IMG/VR virus record: IMGVR_UViG_3300036781_000838
Coordinates: 31,135 to 95,134 of that record
Strand: one strand, 5' to 3'
Source of the DNA: a virus
DNA length: 64,000 nucleotides
Shown: positions 30,970-40,397 of the stretch, in pieces
How the letters are laid out: each line of letters starts with the position of its first letter
Position numbering within the stretch: the first letter of the stretch is position 1
Notes under the pieces: model-generated
Seen by the model: the letters and a program-made list of their open reading frames with translations, nothing else
The model's database searches: none
Told to the model about the DNA's origin: nothing
Program-made: the position numbers and the translations under genes

Positions 30970-31578
30970 CTAATAATATTTAGCCAATTCCATGCATTCT
31001 TTTTCCGCCCAACACATCCGGATGGGCACATATTCCTTCCATCTTTTTTTTAAAAGTCGCATTTGTTTAAGGTTATGATCATCGATTAGATCCCATATAT
31101 CAAACCAGACAGCATCAAAGTTGGGGGTTGGGACACAAGAAAAAGCGTCTCCTTGAAATACCTGAACTTTTGATGACAAATTTTGATAATAACTGCCGCT
31201 GAGCTGAATAACTTCCGAGGCTATTTCAACCACGGTAATATGCTCTACTTCCCTTTTATCAATCAACGCTTGTACAATCATACCCAATCCCAGCCCAAAA
31301 ATCAGAACACGCCCGTGTGCTTTTTCTATGAAAGGCATGTGGTCAATTATTTCTGCCGGTGTATTGCTCATAACCGGGTAGCCACTTGGATAACCTTTTC
31401 TCAAATATTCCTTTTTGTGACAAAGGAGGTATTTATATTCACCTGGTACAATATATCGTTCTAAACCACCCATTTGGTTTAGATTATGCTGGGCGGCCCC
31501 TTCTATTGTTACGACAAATGTTTTTATCTCCCAGTCTCCGATTCTGCCGTCCGGCACAGCGATGTTTATCTGTTTCAT
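30970..31578 (-). CDS. Class I SAM-dependent methyltransferase (spermidine-synthase-like)
   Basis: VLIFGLGLG motif I, VVE acidic motif II, GDAF, FDAVWFDIW. Confidence 0.75.
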   Translation of the reverse strand: MKQINIAVPDGRIGDWEIKTFVVTIEGAAQHNLNQMGGLERYIVPGEYKYLLCHKKEYLRKGYPSGYPVMSNTPAEIIDHMPFIEKAHGRVLIFGLGLGMIVQALIDKREVEHITVVEIASEVIQLSGSYYQNLSSKVQVFQGDAFSCVPTPNFDAVWFDIWDLIDDHNLKQMRLLKKRWKEYVPIRMCWAEKECMELAKYY

Positions 31579-31745
31579 AATGGTGTTTTTGAGCTAAATG
31601 GGTCACTAATTTAAGGTATTAGTTTACTCAAACAAATATTCTGAACCAACCGGATAAATAATTGGATAAAATCGAGCGTTAGGTGGATAGAAAGGCCAAT
31701 TGAGTCTCCTGAAGATATATGAAGTGGAGATCAAAGCGAAGAAAA

Positions 31746-31777
31746 AAAGGAAAGGAAGCCTGGACTCCCTTTCCTTT
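31746..31777 (-). terminator. Rho-independent terminator ending the minus-strand replication block
   Basis: AAAGGAAAGG...CCTTTCCTTT inverted repeat followed by a T-run on the - strand, just after the ligase stop. Confidence 0.65.
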
Positions 31778-31804
31778 CTACTAATAATATACAAAGCAAT
31801 AATC

Positions 31805-33031
31805 TTATTCTTTGTCTCTTAAAGCTTTACCAGTCGGCAAATTTGGGATATCATATTTAGTATATCCAAAATGCTTTACGGTCAGAAGTCTGCCCTCTGT
31901 TTTCCCGGCCTGTATCTCTTCGTAAATCTTCTGTTTACTTTCACGACTGCCGGACATCTTTACATCGAAACTCCCTCCAGGGCACTGGCAAGTGAATATT
32001 AAATCTTCCACCCCGCGCTGACCCAGCTTGTATCCGGTGATCTCAAATTCAGTATCATCGAATTCTTTGACCTTGCGCCAGTAGCTGCTGCGTTGTCCCT
32101 GTTGGTAAAGTCCATTGGGGTCTTTGAGCATAGCTCCTTCATATCCGAACTGAACCCATATATCATGGTGTCGCTTTACGTCGGCATCACTGTTAACTAC
32201 AACGCCGTCCACGGCCGAGACGAAATTGCTATCGATCAGGCTGACAATTCTGGCAGTTTCTGCACTCCGCTCGGTCTGGCTACCTGTGTGTAAAGGCAGA
32301 TCATACATCCTGAATTCCAGTGTCACGGTCTCAGCCCTCAGTTTTTTGACAGCTTCATTGATTTCTTCCAATGTCATGCCGTGGCGATAGATCTCTCCAT
32401 CGAGAACTATCGGATACTGGTCTATTGTCCACCTACTTGCCCTCAATGCTGCCAAGACCTCCAGCTTAATATGGAATAATGATGTATATTCTTTGCCCGA
32501 GCTAGATAAAAACTGCATGTTACCCCAATCCTCGGGGATGACCAGAGTGGCTCTCACCCCATCGAACTTGGTTTCAAGTCGTTGTGGATAGGAAATCTTT
32601 TGACCCAATTTCCAAGGTACCGTTGGCGCCTTCATCGGCTTAACATTGCCACTGGCGTCACTGTTGAATTTGGGTACGGCTTCCTCCAGCACCTTTTCCA
32701 AGGATCGTACCGTTTTACCATCGTTTACGGTTATGTAGCCTAATCCGACCGATTTAATTCCTAAGCCAGCAAGATCCTTATACCCTTCATCACGCTTTTT
32801 ATTCCAATCGGATCGCGCCTGCAGTTCGGCTTGTTGGTAGGAGGTAGTTTCGTTTGCTTTACCGATGTTTTTGCCTTCTTCAATAAACTGCTCGTGTACC
32901 AAGGGGCTTTTTGTATCGAATTTGCCCGAAGTTTTAGTTATCCACGCGTTATTTCCTTCAGGTGTTACCTTGATTTCCCAGTATTGAATGCCGCCTGCCT
33001 TGGTTCTCTTATAAAGTGTCTCTAAACTCAT
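31805..33031 (-). CDS. ATP-dependent DNA ligase
   Basis: Motif I ETKFDGVR, VLDGEIY, YD, EGAMLK, WRKVK. Confidence 0.92.
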   Translation of the reverse strand: MSLETLYKRTKAGGIQYWEIKVTPEGNNAWITKTSGKFDTKSPLVHEQFIEEGKNIGKANETTSYQQAELQARSDWNKKRDEGYKDLAGLGIKSVGLGYITVNDGKTVRSLEKVLEEAVPKFNSDASGNVKPMKAPTVPWKLGQKISYPQRLETKFDGVRATLVIPEDWGNMQFLSSSGKEYTSLFHIKLEVLAALRASRWTIDQYPIVLDGEIYRHGMTLEEINEAVKKLRAETVTLEFRMYDLPLHTGSQTERSAETARIVSLIDSNFVSAVDGVVVNSDADVKRHHDIWVQFGYEGAMLKDPNGLYQQGQRSSYWRKVKEFDDTEFEITGYKLGQRGVEDLIFTCQCPGGSFDVKMSGSRESKQKIYEEIQAGKTEGRLLTVKHFGYTKYDIPNLPTGKALRDKE

Positions 33032-33100
33032 TGATTTTATTTAAAAAAGTGTGGGATTGGTTAAAAATATCGCTTCTTATTGCCGGCAAGTCATAGCGCC

Positions 33101-33481
33101 TTACAATATGTGCCTTAATTCCCGCCAAATATCATGTAGTGTCAGATTAGCCAATTTGCCTAACTTCTCCAGGTCCCAGGCGTCAGCCGTAATGCTTCTG
33201 ACTACATACATTTTCGGGCATTTTTTGTAATCAAATTTTATTATCTCAGCTATGAGTTCTTCTTTTTTCATTTTCCTGGATAACCGTATGGATACCTTTA
33301 TTTTTAAAATTTCAGAATACGCTTTACCCTTGCGGGAACAGGTCTTTTGAACGATGCTGGGAACAATACCTAATTTGTTCCCAGCATCATTATAATTGTC
33401 GAATATCCCGACCAATTGCTGGTGAATGGGATCATACGCTTTTACACAAGTATCTTCGTAGCCAAATATTCCTAGCTTCAT
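33101..33481 (-). CDS. Small DNA-binding protein with NUMOD1-like HTH
   Basis: VGIFDNYNDAGNKLGI..SIVQKTC pattern. Confidence 0.45.
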   Translation of the reverse strand: MKLGIFGYEDTCVKAYDPIHQQLVGIFDNYNDAGNKLGIVPSIVQKTCSRKGKAYSEILKIKVSIRLSRKMKKEELIAEIIKFDYKKCPKMYVVRSITADAWDLEKLGKLANLTLHDIWRELRHIL

Positions 33482-33643
33482 ACGGGTACGTTAAAATGAT
33501 AGGATCGGAAAATCGCCCCAAGCGCTATATCGCGATGGGAGCTGAGTAGCTCGCCGGCGCCCCAGTTCTTAAAGCCCAACCATGCCTCTAATATAAAAGG
33601 GACCATTATAGTCCCTTTCATAGGTTTTCAATATGAGCATGGA

Positions 33644-33805
33644 TTAAACAACGGGGCTTATAGTCTCGTCTCTGAACTTGACGGCTTCCTTTCTTTTGGA
33701 AAAGTTCTTGCTGAGCCTGGAACCATTTCTATAAATTCTGACACGGTACTTATTAGCTTCCGTTTTGTAAATGTTCTTTGAGGATTTCCGGTACTTATCA
33801 GTCAT
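33644..33805 (-). CDS. 53-aa AP2/arm-type DNA-binding protein (not in ORF track)
   Basis: Manual translation MTDKYRKSSKNIYKTEANKYRVRIYRNGSRLSKNFSKRKEAVKFRDETISPVV; preceded by a Bacteroidota-type promoter. Confidence 0.65.
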   Translation of the reverse strand: MTDKYRKSSKNIYKTEANKYRVRIYRNGSRLSKNFSKRKEAVKFRDETISPVV

Positions 33806-33818
33806 TGAACGATTCGTT

Positions 33819-33882
33819 TATTCTACAAACTTAGGACATTATTTGTAGAATACAATCTATTCTACAAAATATTATTCTACAA
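33819..33882 (-). promoter_or_regulatory. Promoter with four TATTCTACAA boxes
   Basis: Boxes at 33819, 33843 (inverted), 33858 and 33873; on the - strand TTG-19 nt-TAAGTTTG matches the Bacteroidota -33/-7 (TAnnTTTG) consensus. Confidence 0.65.
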
Positions 33883-33950
33883 ATAACAAATTTTATTATT
33901 TGTGTATATGTTTTTGATATTTGTGATTAGCTGTAGGAGTAGGTTGTCGA

Positions 33951-34292
33951 TTACAATCGGAGATCCTCCAGCTCCTTGTTCATTTTTTCCTGCTCTGCAT
34001 TATTTTTATGCCGTACCAGGTCGTAATATTTGTCCTCCAGGTCCCGATGCTTCTTAACGAGCGTGCTATACACTTTTGAACTGACAACTCCTTTATCGGC
34101 AACGAGTTTTCGCAAGCTGATGGTTTCTTTCTCAAGCTCCTGGTATTCCTTGCGCAGAAGTCTTAAGTTTTCCGTATCGGCTTTACTCTCGCGCTCCAGG
34201 TTGGTGTATGCGGTCAATAAAAGATTATACTGTTCATTCTGCGTATATCTGCGTTTTAAGCTGAGCAAGATGTTTCTTTCAAAGGTTGCCAT
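33951..34292 (-). CDS. Hypothetical coiled-coil protein
   Basis: ORF track; ATG (MATF) preferred over the TTG at 34322. Confidence 0.6.
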   Translation of the reverse strand: MATFERNILLSLKRRYTQNEQYNLLLTAYTNLERESKADTENLRLLRKEYQELEKETISLRKLVADKGVVSSKVYSTLVKKHRDLEDKYYDLVRHKNNAEQEKMNKELEDLRL

Positions 34293-34303
34293 AATAGTGG
34301 ATT

Positions 34304-34474
34304 TTAAAGAGGTAGTCCGCAATGATCACATATCCAGGTTTGCCCGGTCCAATGGCAATCCAGGGTATATTCAATGTCGTTTTGTTCCATGTTTTGTTTG
34401 CAGTAGTCGCAGTCTTCCGGTTCATAGTCCGGTTCTTCGTCAGGCTGCCGCGGGGGATAGGTCTTCGAGTCCAT
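34304..34474 (-). CDS. 56-aa zinc-ribbon protein (not in ORF track)
   Basis: Manual translation MDSKTYPPRQPDEEPDYEPEDCDYCKQ...WICDHCGLPL, two CxxC pairs; fills an otherwise empty gap. Confidence 0.6.
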   Translation of the reverse strand: MDSKTYPPRQPDEEPDYEPEDCDYCKQNMEQNDIEYTLDCHWTGQTWICDHCGLPL

Positions 34475-34808
34475 ACTTTTGTTTTAAATATTGGTCAATA
34501 AGATCCGTTATAGACACCAAATCCTCTTCTTTCAAGTCGAACAATTGTTCTGTAAGGACCATATAATATGCAAGGTCCTGTTTGTTGATTTCAGCCCTCA
34601 TAGCCCTGATAAGCTCTGGATTTCGCACAATTGTCAGTACATCCTCAATAGCCGATACCACTTTTTGAATTGCCTTATTTAAGGTGTGCTTATCCTGCTG
34701 AATAAAACCGTTGGTCGCTTTTGACCAGGAAAGCCTCTCTTCTATTGACTTAAAATGGTACAAAACGTAACGGATTAATAATCCGATACTTTCTTGACGG
34801 GTACTCAT
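34440..34808 (-). CDS. Hypothetical protein
   Basis: ORF in the co-oriented gene string. Confidence 0.6.
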   Translation of the reverse strand: MSTRQESIGLLIRYVLYHFKSIEERLSWSKATNGFIQQDKHTLNKAIQKVVSAIEDVLTIVRNPELIRAMRAEINKQDLAYYMVLTEQLFDLKEEDLVSITDLIDQYLKQKYGLEDLSPAAA

Positions 34809-34819
34809 TGTTGTGAAGG

Positions 34820-35101
34820 TTATTTTTGGATGTTATCGGCCAGTCTTATACTTTCTGCTCCCCCTGTACCCGTGAATAATTCCCGGGTAGCCTCACCGTC
34901 GTTTTCTTCCGGGGTGAGATCTTCCCGGGTATCCAGGAGATCTTCATAATCATCGGGTGTCAATTTATCGGATTGAGCACCACAATTAAAATGTTCCAAC
35001 ATAATAGTGTTTGCCTCCTGCTGGTCCTTGGCTACAATTTGATAATGCTCCCTGTCCCAGATAGTGAACTTTCTATCTATGTAGTAATCGAAATTGGCCA
35101 T
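34820..35101 (-). CDS. Hypothetical acidic protein
   Basis: ORF in the co-oriented gene string. Confidence 0.6.
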   Translation of the reverse strand: MANFDYYIDRKFTIWDREHYQIVAKDQQEANTIMLEHFNCGAQSDKLTPDDYEDLLDTREDLTPEENDGEATRELFTGTGGAESIRLADNIQK

Positions 35102-35102
35102 A

Positions 35103-35261
35103 TTATCTTTTTAAGGTATCGTTTATTGATGCGGCGAAGTCGTAGGTGGACCTGTATTTATCACTCCTGATGATAGTATTAGGAATTTGGTTAAGAATAT
35201 GCAGCGCGTCTCTGAGCAAGGTTTCCAATAATTCCATCCGCTCCTGTTCAGCTTCACTCAT
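35103..35261 (-). CDS. 52-aa hypothetical protein (not in ORF track)
   Basis: Manual translation MSEAEQERMELLETLLRDALHIL...; tiles the gap. Confidence 0.5.
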   Translation of the reverse strand: MSEAEQERMELLETLLRDALHILNQIPNTIIRSDKYRSTYDFAASINDTLKR

Positions 35262-35265
35262 CTTG

Positions 35266-35415
35266 TCAGTAGTTTATTTGAGTATATAGGGTTTGGTCTT
35301 CCCAAGTAGCCTTGGTGGTTTCATCATGGTCGACCAGGCTATTGATAACATGCTGAAGAGCGGTTGTGATTTCCTCTTTTGTTCCTTCCCCGAGGATTTT
35401 AATTGTTAGATTCAT
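35266..35415 (-). CDS. 49-aa hypothetical protein (not in ORF track)
   Basis: Manual translation MNLTIKILGEGTKEEITTALQHV...; starts 4 nt after the polA stop. Confidence 0.5.
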   Translation of the reverse strand: MNLTIKILGEGTKEEITTALQHVINSLVDHDETTKATWEDQTLYTQINY

Positions 35416-35419
35416 ATAA

Positions 35420-37402
35420 TTATTTTTTCCAGTAATATGATAGTTCTGGTTCCGCTTTCAACGGCACCCGTTTGCAATGCAATTGACCTGCTTTGAACAT
35501 GGCTTTTTTTACCATTTGGGAAATGAGTTCACCTTGGTCAATTGGTGCTTCCAGTACATTTTCGTCGTGAATGGTATTAACGAATTTTACTATGTCAAAT
35601 AAGCCATTATCGATGATATAGTCGAAGATGTGGACGCAGGATACTTTGGTTATCTCTGCCGATGAACCCTGTATAGGGAAATTGAGTGACTTGCGCTCTA
35701 CATCACCCTTATACATGAAATACCGGGATACCTTCTCTTTCAACCGGGGCAGATCGGGCGTGCCATTTTCTTTTGCGGACCTGTAGATTTCCCAGAAATC
35801 ACTGTCCATTTCAGCTTCCAGTTCCTTAAATTCCTTAAAGAAGGGGAGGTATGACTTACGTTTGGTAAGTGTGCTAATAAGGATGTAGCCATCCCTTAGA
35901 CCCTGTTTTTTGACTTTATCAAAATGAGCGCGCAATCCAGGGAAAGCGACAAAATAGGCGTTATATATCCTTTCACCGTCTTCCTTTGCTTTACCGAGCT
36001 GGTCAGCTATGGTTTGTCCGACACCGCCGTAATTAATAGTAAAGCCTGTGATCTTCGCTTCCTGCCGCTCTTCTTTATATTGCGATTTTATTATATCCAG
36101 GGTTAACCCATCTAGCTGGGGATACATTTTTGATGCAACAAAGGCATGCATATCCCCCAGGCCCTCGTCATAGAACTTTAAGAGATTCCTATCCATGGAG
36201 AAATTCGCAAGGACAACCTGCTCCTGCCCGGAGTAGTCTGAAATGATGAGTACATTACCTGGTTCGGCTACAAAGCACCCCCTCGTTTCGGGATCCTTGG
36301 GAATATTCTGAAAATTGATGTACTCTTCCTTCGTAATCTTATCCTTTCCCCCGGAAGATAGCCTACCGGTGTCCATGATCTGTTTGAAGTTAGAATGGAC
36401 CCTGCCAGTAACCGGGTTGATCTGCTTGAGAAAGTTCTCTCCATATGTGGAAACTACTTTTTCCGCCTTTTTATACTCCAGGTACAGCCCGATAAAGGGG
36501 AACCTGCCTTTTTGCTTCTCAATATTGCCAGCTTCTACCGACTTTTTAGCGACACCTTTTTCAACAACCCTGCAGTTAATGCCCAGCTCTTCAAATAATT
36601 CGATAACCTGTTTGGATGAACTCCAATTGATTTTACAGGAGACGGGATCAAAGAGGCTGATTTGCTGGGTAAAATACTTGACCAGCCCCTTGTTCATTAT
36701 CCACTGATTAAGAACTTCCTGTGCCTGTTTTAATTTTAAGGCATCTTTCTCCATCTTAGCCAACCATTTATCCCTATCGAGCTTAAAACCACAATATTCG
36801 ATGTAGGCAAGACAAGGAGTGAAGCGGTTCTCCAGGTTAACGGTGCCTTTTAGCTCTTTTGCGATAAGGGCTTCAATTTGCTTTTCTTTGATAGCTGGCA
36901 GGAACTTGATGTCATCAGCGCCATATTTTATTACCCGACTGGTCAAACCTTCCTTCTGTATCTCCGCTCTTACAGATTTATCCAGCTTAAAGCCAAGATA
37001 CCGTTCGGTAATGGAATCCAGTCCCACCCTAATTTCCGGCAGACCGCAGTATAGGACCTTTTCCACAACCATCGTATCCCAAATCTTCCTGAGATAGATT
37101 CCCTTTTTAAACAAGAATTTTAAATCGAATTTCAGGTTTTGGCCTACAATGAGGATGTTTTCGAGATACGGCTTTAAAACGCTGATATCAACGGTCTTGC
37201 AATCAATTACGTATTGGTTGGTTGCATCACCTATTTGTAAGGACAATAACTCTTTAGTATGAGGGTCGAAGCCGTTTGTCTCCGTATCGAGGCAGGTTTC
37301 TAAAACGGATTTCAGGTATTGAATAAGTGCTGTTACCGTAGATTTCTCATAGACAAGATTATCCTTGAACAACTCTGCTTGCTGAGTTATTAGGTAAATC
37401 AT
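35420..37402 (-). CDS. polA: Family A DNA polymerase with 3'-5' exonuclease domain
   Basis: Exo I LDTET, Exo II NLKFD, Exo III YGADD; TGRLSS, QNIP, motif A DYSGQE, motif B RQEAKITGFTINYG, motif C IHDE. Confidence 0.95.
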   Translation of the reverse strand: MIYLITQQAELFKDNLVYEKSTVTALIQYLKSVLETCLDTETNGFDPHTKELLSLQIGDATNQYVIDCKTVDISVLKPYLENILIVGQNLKFDLKFLFKKGIYLRKIWDTMVVEKVLYCGLPEIRVGLDSITERYLGFKLDKSVRAEIQKEGLTSRVIKYGADDIKFLPAIKEKQIEALIAKELKGTVNLENRFTPCLAYIEYCGFKLDRDKWLAKMEKDALKLKQAQEVLNQWIMNKGLVKYFTQQISLFDPVSCKINWSSSKQVIELFEELGINCRVVEKGVAKKSVEAGNIEKQKGRFPFIGLYLEYKKAEKVVSTYGENFLKQINPVTGRVHSNFKQIMDTGRLSSGGKDKITKEEYINFQNIPKDPETRGCFVAEPGNVLIISDYSGQEQVVLANFSMDRNLLKFYDEGLGDMHAFVASKMYPQLDGLTLDIIKSQYKEERQEAKITGFTINYGGVGQTIADQLGKAKEDGERIYNAYFVAFPGLRAHFDKVKKQGLRDGYILISTLTKRKSYLPFFKEFKELEAEMDSDFWEIYRSAKENGTPDLPRLKEKVSRYFMYKGDVERKSLNFPIQGSSAEITKVSCVHIFDYIIDNGLFDIVKFVNTIHDENVLEAPIDQGELISQMVKKAMFKAGQLHCKRVPLKAEPELSYYWKK

Positions 37403-37422
37403 AATGGATTTTATAAGATAAA

Positions 37423-37450
37423 AAAGGGGAGACTAAAACTGCTCCCCTTT
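37423..37450 (-). terminator. Rho-independent terminator
   Basis: AAAGGGGAG...CTCCCCTTT hairpin with a T-run on the - strand. Confidence 0.6.
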
Positions 37451-37470
37451 AACAGTCAAATCATGACTGG

Positions 37471-37845
37471 TCAAGCCGCTTGCTTTATCAGGTATTCGTC
37501 GGTGTTAAAATGGTCGCTATTTAAGGCAAAGGAGTCAATGAATTGTTTGATTTCCTCGGTGTCCTTAATATAATATTCGTAGAAAGTCTCCAAAACTTTT
37601 CTTTCCTCTTTATATGGTTTACCTGGTTTTGGATTTTTTAGCGGAATTGAATCTCCGTTGTCATCCAGCTTGTCCAGGCGCTTGAAAGATTCCTTCTTCT
37701 CTTTGGAAATGATGGCCAGTACCCTAACGTCGGGGTCGTATATCGCTTCGTTAAAGGGGCATTCTTTGGTGACAGGAATTAACTTAAAAGTTTTGGCATT
37801 ACCCCAGGCAGAGGTAATCAACAGCATTGATTTTTCAATTTCCAT
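37471..37845 (-). CDS. Hypothetical phage protein
   Basis: ORF preceded by two TATTCTACAA boxes (37858, 37878) and a TAAATTTG -7 element. Confidence 0.65.
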   Translation of the reverse strand: MEIEKSMLLITSAWGNAKTFKLIPVTKECPFNEAIYDPDVRVLAIISKEKKESFKRLDKLDDNGDSIPLKNPKPGKPYKEERKVLETFYEYYIKDTEEIKQFIDSFALNSDHFNTDEYLIKQAA

Positions 37846-37881
37846 CCTCTTGGTTTTTATTCTACAAATTTACTTCTTATT

Positions 37882-38457
37882 CTACAAAGTATCTAATTCT
37901 CTAAATTCAATCTTCAAACTTTCTTTGGCCAGGTTGTAGGGTGGGCATAATTCACCGATCCCCATCAGGATCTCCTGCATGGATTCAACATCCTTTTCCC
38001 CCTGCGCGAGTAGTGTTGCATAAAGTTCGAAATGCTTATCCGGATACAAAAAACTGTAGATATATTCCCATTCTAAGGAGTTCTTACCAGCATAGGACTC
38101 GATACGGTTCTTCAATTCTTTGGATAAAAGAGAATATTTACCCGACAGAAAATTGAACCAATCCTCTTGATGTTCCTGGAAAGTAAAAATGTAAGCTACC
38201 TTGTTGTCCACACACGGTTTAAAGGTGTAAAAAAAGCGATTTTTGAATAAAACATTTTTCTCAAATTGTTTAAAGCCTTCAGAATTTAGATCTTCATGCA
38301 GGACGATAAGCTTTTCGTCATACTCTGTAATATTATCGTTAAGTACAATAAAAGTATTAATGGGGGTGAACGTAGCGTGTCTTTTTATGCCTAAATTCGG
38401 GTAGAGAAACCAAATTGATTTTTGAAAATATTTCTTGTATAATTCCTTCAGCGCCAT
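37882..38457 (-). CDS. Hypothetical phage protein
   Basis: ORF in the co-oriented gene string. Confidence 0.65.
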   Translation of the reverse strand: MALKELYKKYFQKSIWFLYPNLGIKRHATFTPINTFIVLNDNITEYDEKLIVLHEDLNSEGFKQFEKNVLFKNRFFYTFKPCVDNKVAYIFTFQEHQEDWFNFLSGKYSLLSKELKNRIESYAGKNSLEWEYIYSFLYPDKHFELYATLLAQGEKDVESMQEILMGIGELCPPYNLAKESLKIEFRELDTL

Positions 38458-38477
38458 TATTCATAAGTTATGAAAAT

Positions 38478-39548
38478 TTACAAAACCACCAAACCCTTCG
38501 AAAATTCAAAGGGTAGATCATAAGCTCTTTCTGTATAGTGATAGTTGGCTTTGTCGATGACTTCATTAAAACGGAGTAGCCACTCATTTAACGTTTTCTC
38601 CTTCACCAGGAACGGGTAAACGTGTTGATTCGCGTCGATTACAATAAATCTGAATTCAAACGTCCAGCCATTATCAAAAAGAGGCGTGTATTCTGCGTAC
38701 ACCAGCATCATATATATTACTGCCTGCAGCCAATATTTGTAGAAGTCGATAGTATCCCTGAACTCATTTAGGGGTCTGTCAGTCGTTTTGAAGTCATTGA
38801 CCCGGATTACCTTGATAGCGTTGTCGAATACTACGTTATCTAGTATTCCTTTTATCCCAAAGGGGTATTTGGATAGCCCAGTCCTCAGCTCGAATTCATT
38901 GATCACCTTTATCTCTTCGGAGTCGCTTACATCGAGCGCCATTATTTTTACAATCTCCTTATTATTACGAATGATATCGGCATATATGGCACATAAATCA
39001 TACGTTTCCTGGTCAATAACGTTCCTGGTCCCTTGGATCTTTAGGTATTCGAAGTAATTGAGGTTTTCATCGTTGAAAATCTTTTCGAGTCGTTTTTGAT
39101 TTCCAGTTTTGGCGACGACACCCTGCCTATCGGGTTTGTCATCGGTAAGCGATTGATGTAGATTGATTTCCAGAAGAATGTTCAATATATTCTCGGAATA
39201 GTCTGTCAGGGATTGGTTTGCACTGTGATTCAGTGGATTATCGGCGATCCCTTGTAAGTAAATTTTGAATATTCTATCTACGATTATTTTATTGTTCCCG
39301 CTTGGTATATTGACCGGCGATACGATAAATAATTCATCGAACAGATGGTTATTCAGCAGAAGACAGTGAATTACCTTCCCTTTAATAAGGTGCTTTTCAA
39401 TTTTTTCCTCATAGATTTTCGTTATATATTTCCTTTTGTAGGCACCCGGTGAATGGAGAAGGAGTTTCAGAGCTGAGTATGAAAAATATAATTTCTTATT
39501 GTAAAACTCATTCATGGGATCTCTTACCAATTCCTGGCTAATGAGCAT
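38478..39548 (-). CDS. PD-(D/E)xK exonuclease (RecE/DUF3799-like)
   Basis: FSYSALK, GKVIHCLLL, KGILD, DFKTT, YWLQAVIY. Confidence 0.82.
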   Translation of the reverse strand: MLISQELVRDPMNEFYNKKLYFSYSALKLLLHSPGAYKRKYITKIYEEKIEKHLIKGKVIHCLLLNNHLFDELFIVSPVNIPSGNNKIIVDRIFKIYLQGIADNPLNHSANQSLTDYSENILNILLEINLHQSLTDDKPDRQGVVAKTGNQKRLEKIFNDENLNYFEYLKIQGTRNVIDQETYDLCAIYADIIRNNKEIVKIMALDVSDSEEIKVINEFELRTGLSKYPFGIKGILDNVVFDNAIKVIRVNDFKTTDRPLNEFRDTIDFYKYWLQAVIYMMLVYAEYTPLFDNGWTFEFRFIVIDANQHVYPFLVKEKTLNEWLLRFNEVIDKANYHYTERAYDLPFEFSKGLVVL

Positions 39549-39606
39549 AGTTAAATTTTTCTAGGTTGGAAAAGATTATTGTCTGTTCACGATTGCTGGG
39601 GATTGT

Positions 39607-40056
39607 TCAAACCTGCATCTCGAATAGGCACTCTGCAATAATCCATTGCGTGCTTTCCCCATACTGTTCGAGAATATTCGCGTTTCCGTTCTTGGATTCA
39701 AATAAAGTGTAACCATAGGAGTTGATGGTGGATTCGATATCGCCAACGGTATACCTGTGAATGTCTATTACCTCTTGTCCCCGGTTGATCTCCTTAAACT
39801 CAAAGGAATGCCGCGATAATTGCCGACCATATTGGTTGGTGGAAGGGTCCGTCATGGTCCATTCCCCTTCAATATGATTTTTTCCCGATTTAGCTATTAT
39901 GCCCTTTATTTTTGTGTGGCAATAGTCTTTTAGTGTTTTATACAGCGCCAACAGGCCGATGCCCGTGTAGCCGTTGATCTCTATAATGGCTTCCACCAAT
40001 CCGATCGCTGTTAACCCCTGGTCTAAAATCAATCGTTTTATTTCTTCTTTATTCAT
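39607..40056 (-). CDS. Hypothetical protein
   Basis: ORF track. Confidence 0.55.
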   Translation of the reverse strand: MNKEEIKRLILDQGLTAIGLVEAIIEINGYTGIGLLALYKTLKDYCHTKIKGIIAKSGKNHIEGEWTMTDPSTNQYGRQLSRHSFEFKEINRGQEVIDIHRYTVGDIESTINSYGYTLFESKNGNANILEQYGESTQWIIAECLFEMQV

Positions 40057-40070
40057 GGTGGAGAAATTGG

Positions 40071-40397
40071 TTATGCAACCAAAGTCAGGCGTGAGTTATA
40101 ATACTCTTCCTGGGTTAAAAAATGGAACTCTGAACAGTGCCCAACGGCTACGTCCGTTCTGGTATAGGACTCGAATACCTTTATGAAATCCAAAAAGGAG
40201 GTTTCCTGTTCTTCTTTGAAAATGTCTGAATCCCAAAGGCTTGTATTTCCTTTTTTATCGAGGAAATTGGCGTGTATGCTATTGGTATGTACTGAAAATG
40301 TAAAGAGCATATACCCAATAGGTTTTCCCCAAACATCGCCCTCTAATTTTCTATATCCCATCCTTTGCAGGTCGAGTTCTTTATGGTACATTGTCAT
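40071..40397 (-). CDS. Hypothetical protein
   Basis: ORF track; ATGA overlap with the upstream gene. Confidence 0.55.
   Translation of the reverse strand: MTMYHKELDLQRMGYRKLEGDVWGKPIGYMLFTFSVHTNSIHANFLDKKGNTSLWDSDIFKEEQETSFLDFIKVFESYTRTDVAVGHCSEFHFLTQEEYYNSRLTLVA

Noticed and set aside
29957-31578. ATPase plus methyltransferase as a two-gene restriction-modification or defence operon
   Set aside because: Convergent orientation, no nuclease and no DNA-methyltransferase catalytic motif; treated as separate genes
33819-33882. TTCTAC...GTAGAA resembles the Cas12a repeat stem; possible mini CRISPR array
   Set aside because: Only 10-bp units, irregular 12-41 bp spacing across clusters, no spacer-sized unique sequences, no cas genes
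11487-37402. Inteins or group I introns in RNAP or PolA
   Set aside because: Motifs are contiguous; no intein HN-C/S/T junction or LAGLIDADG insert was recognised by eye
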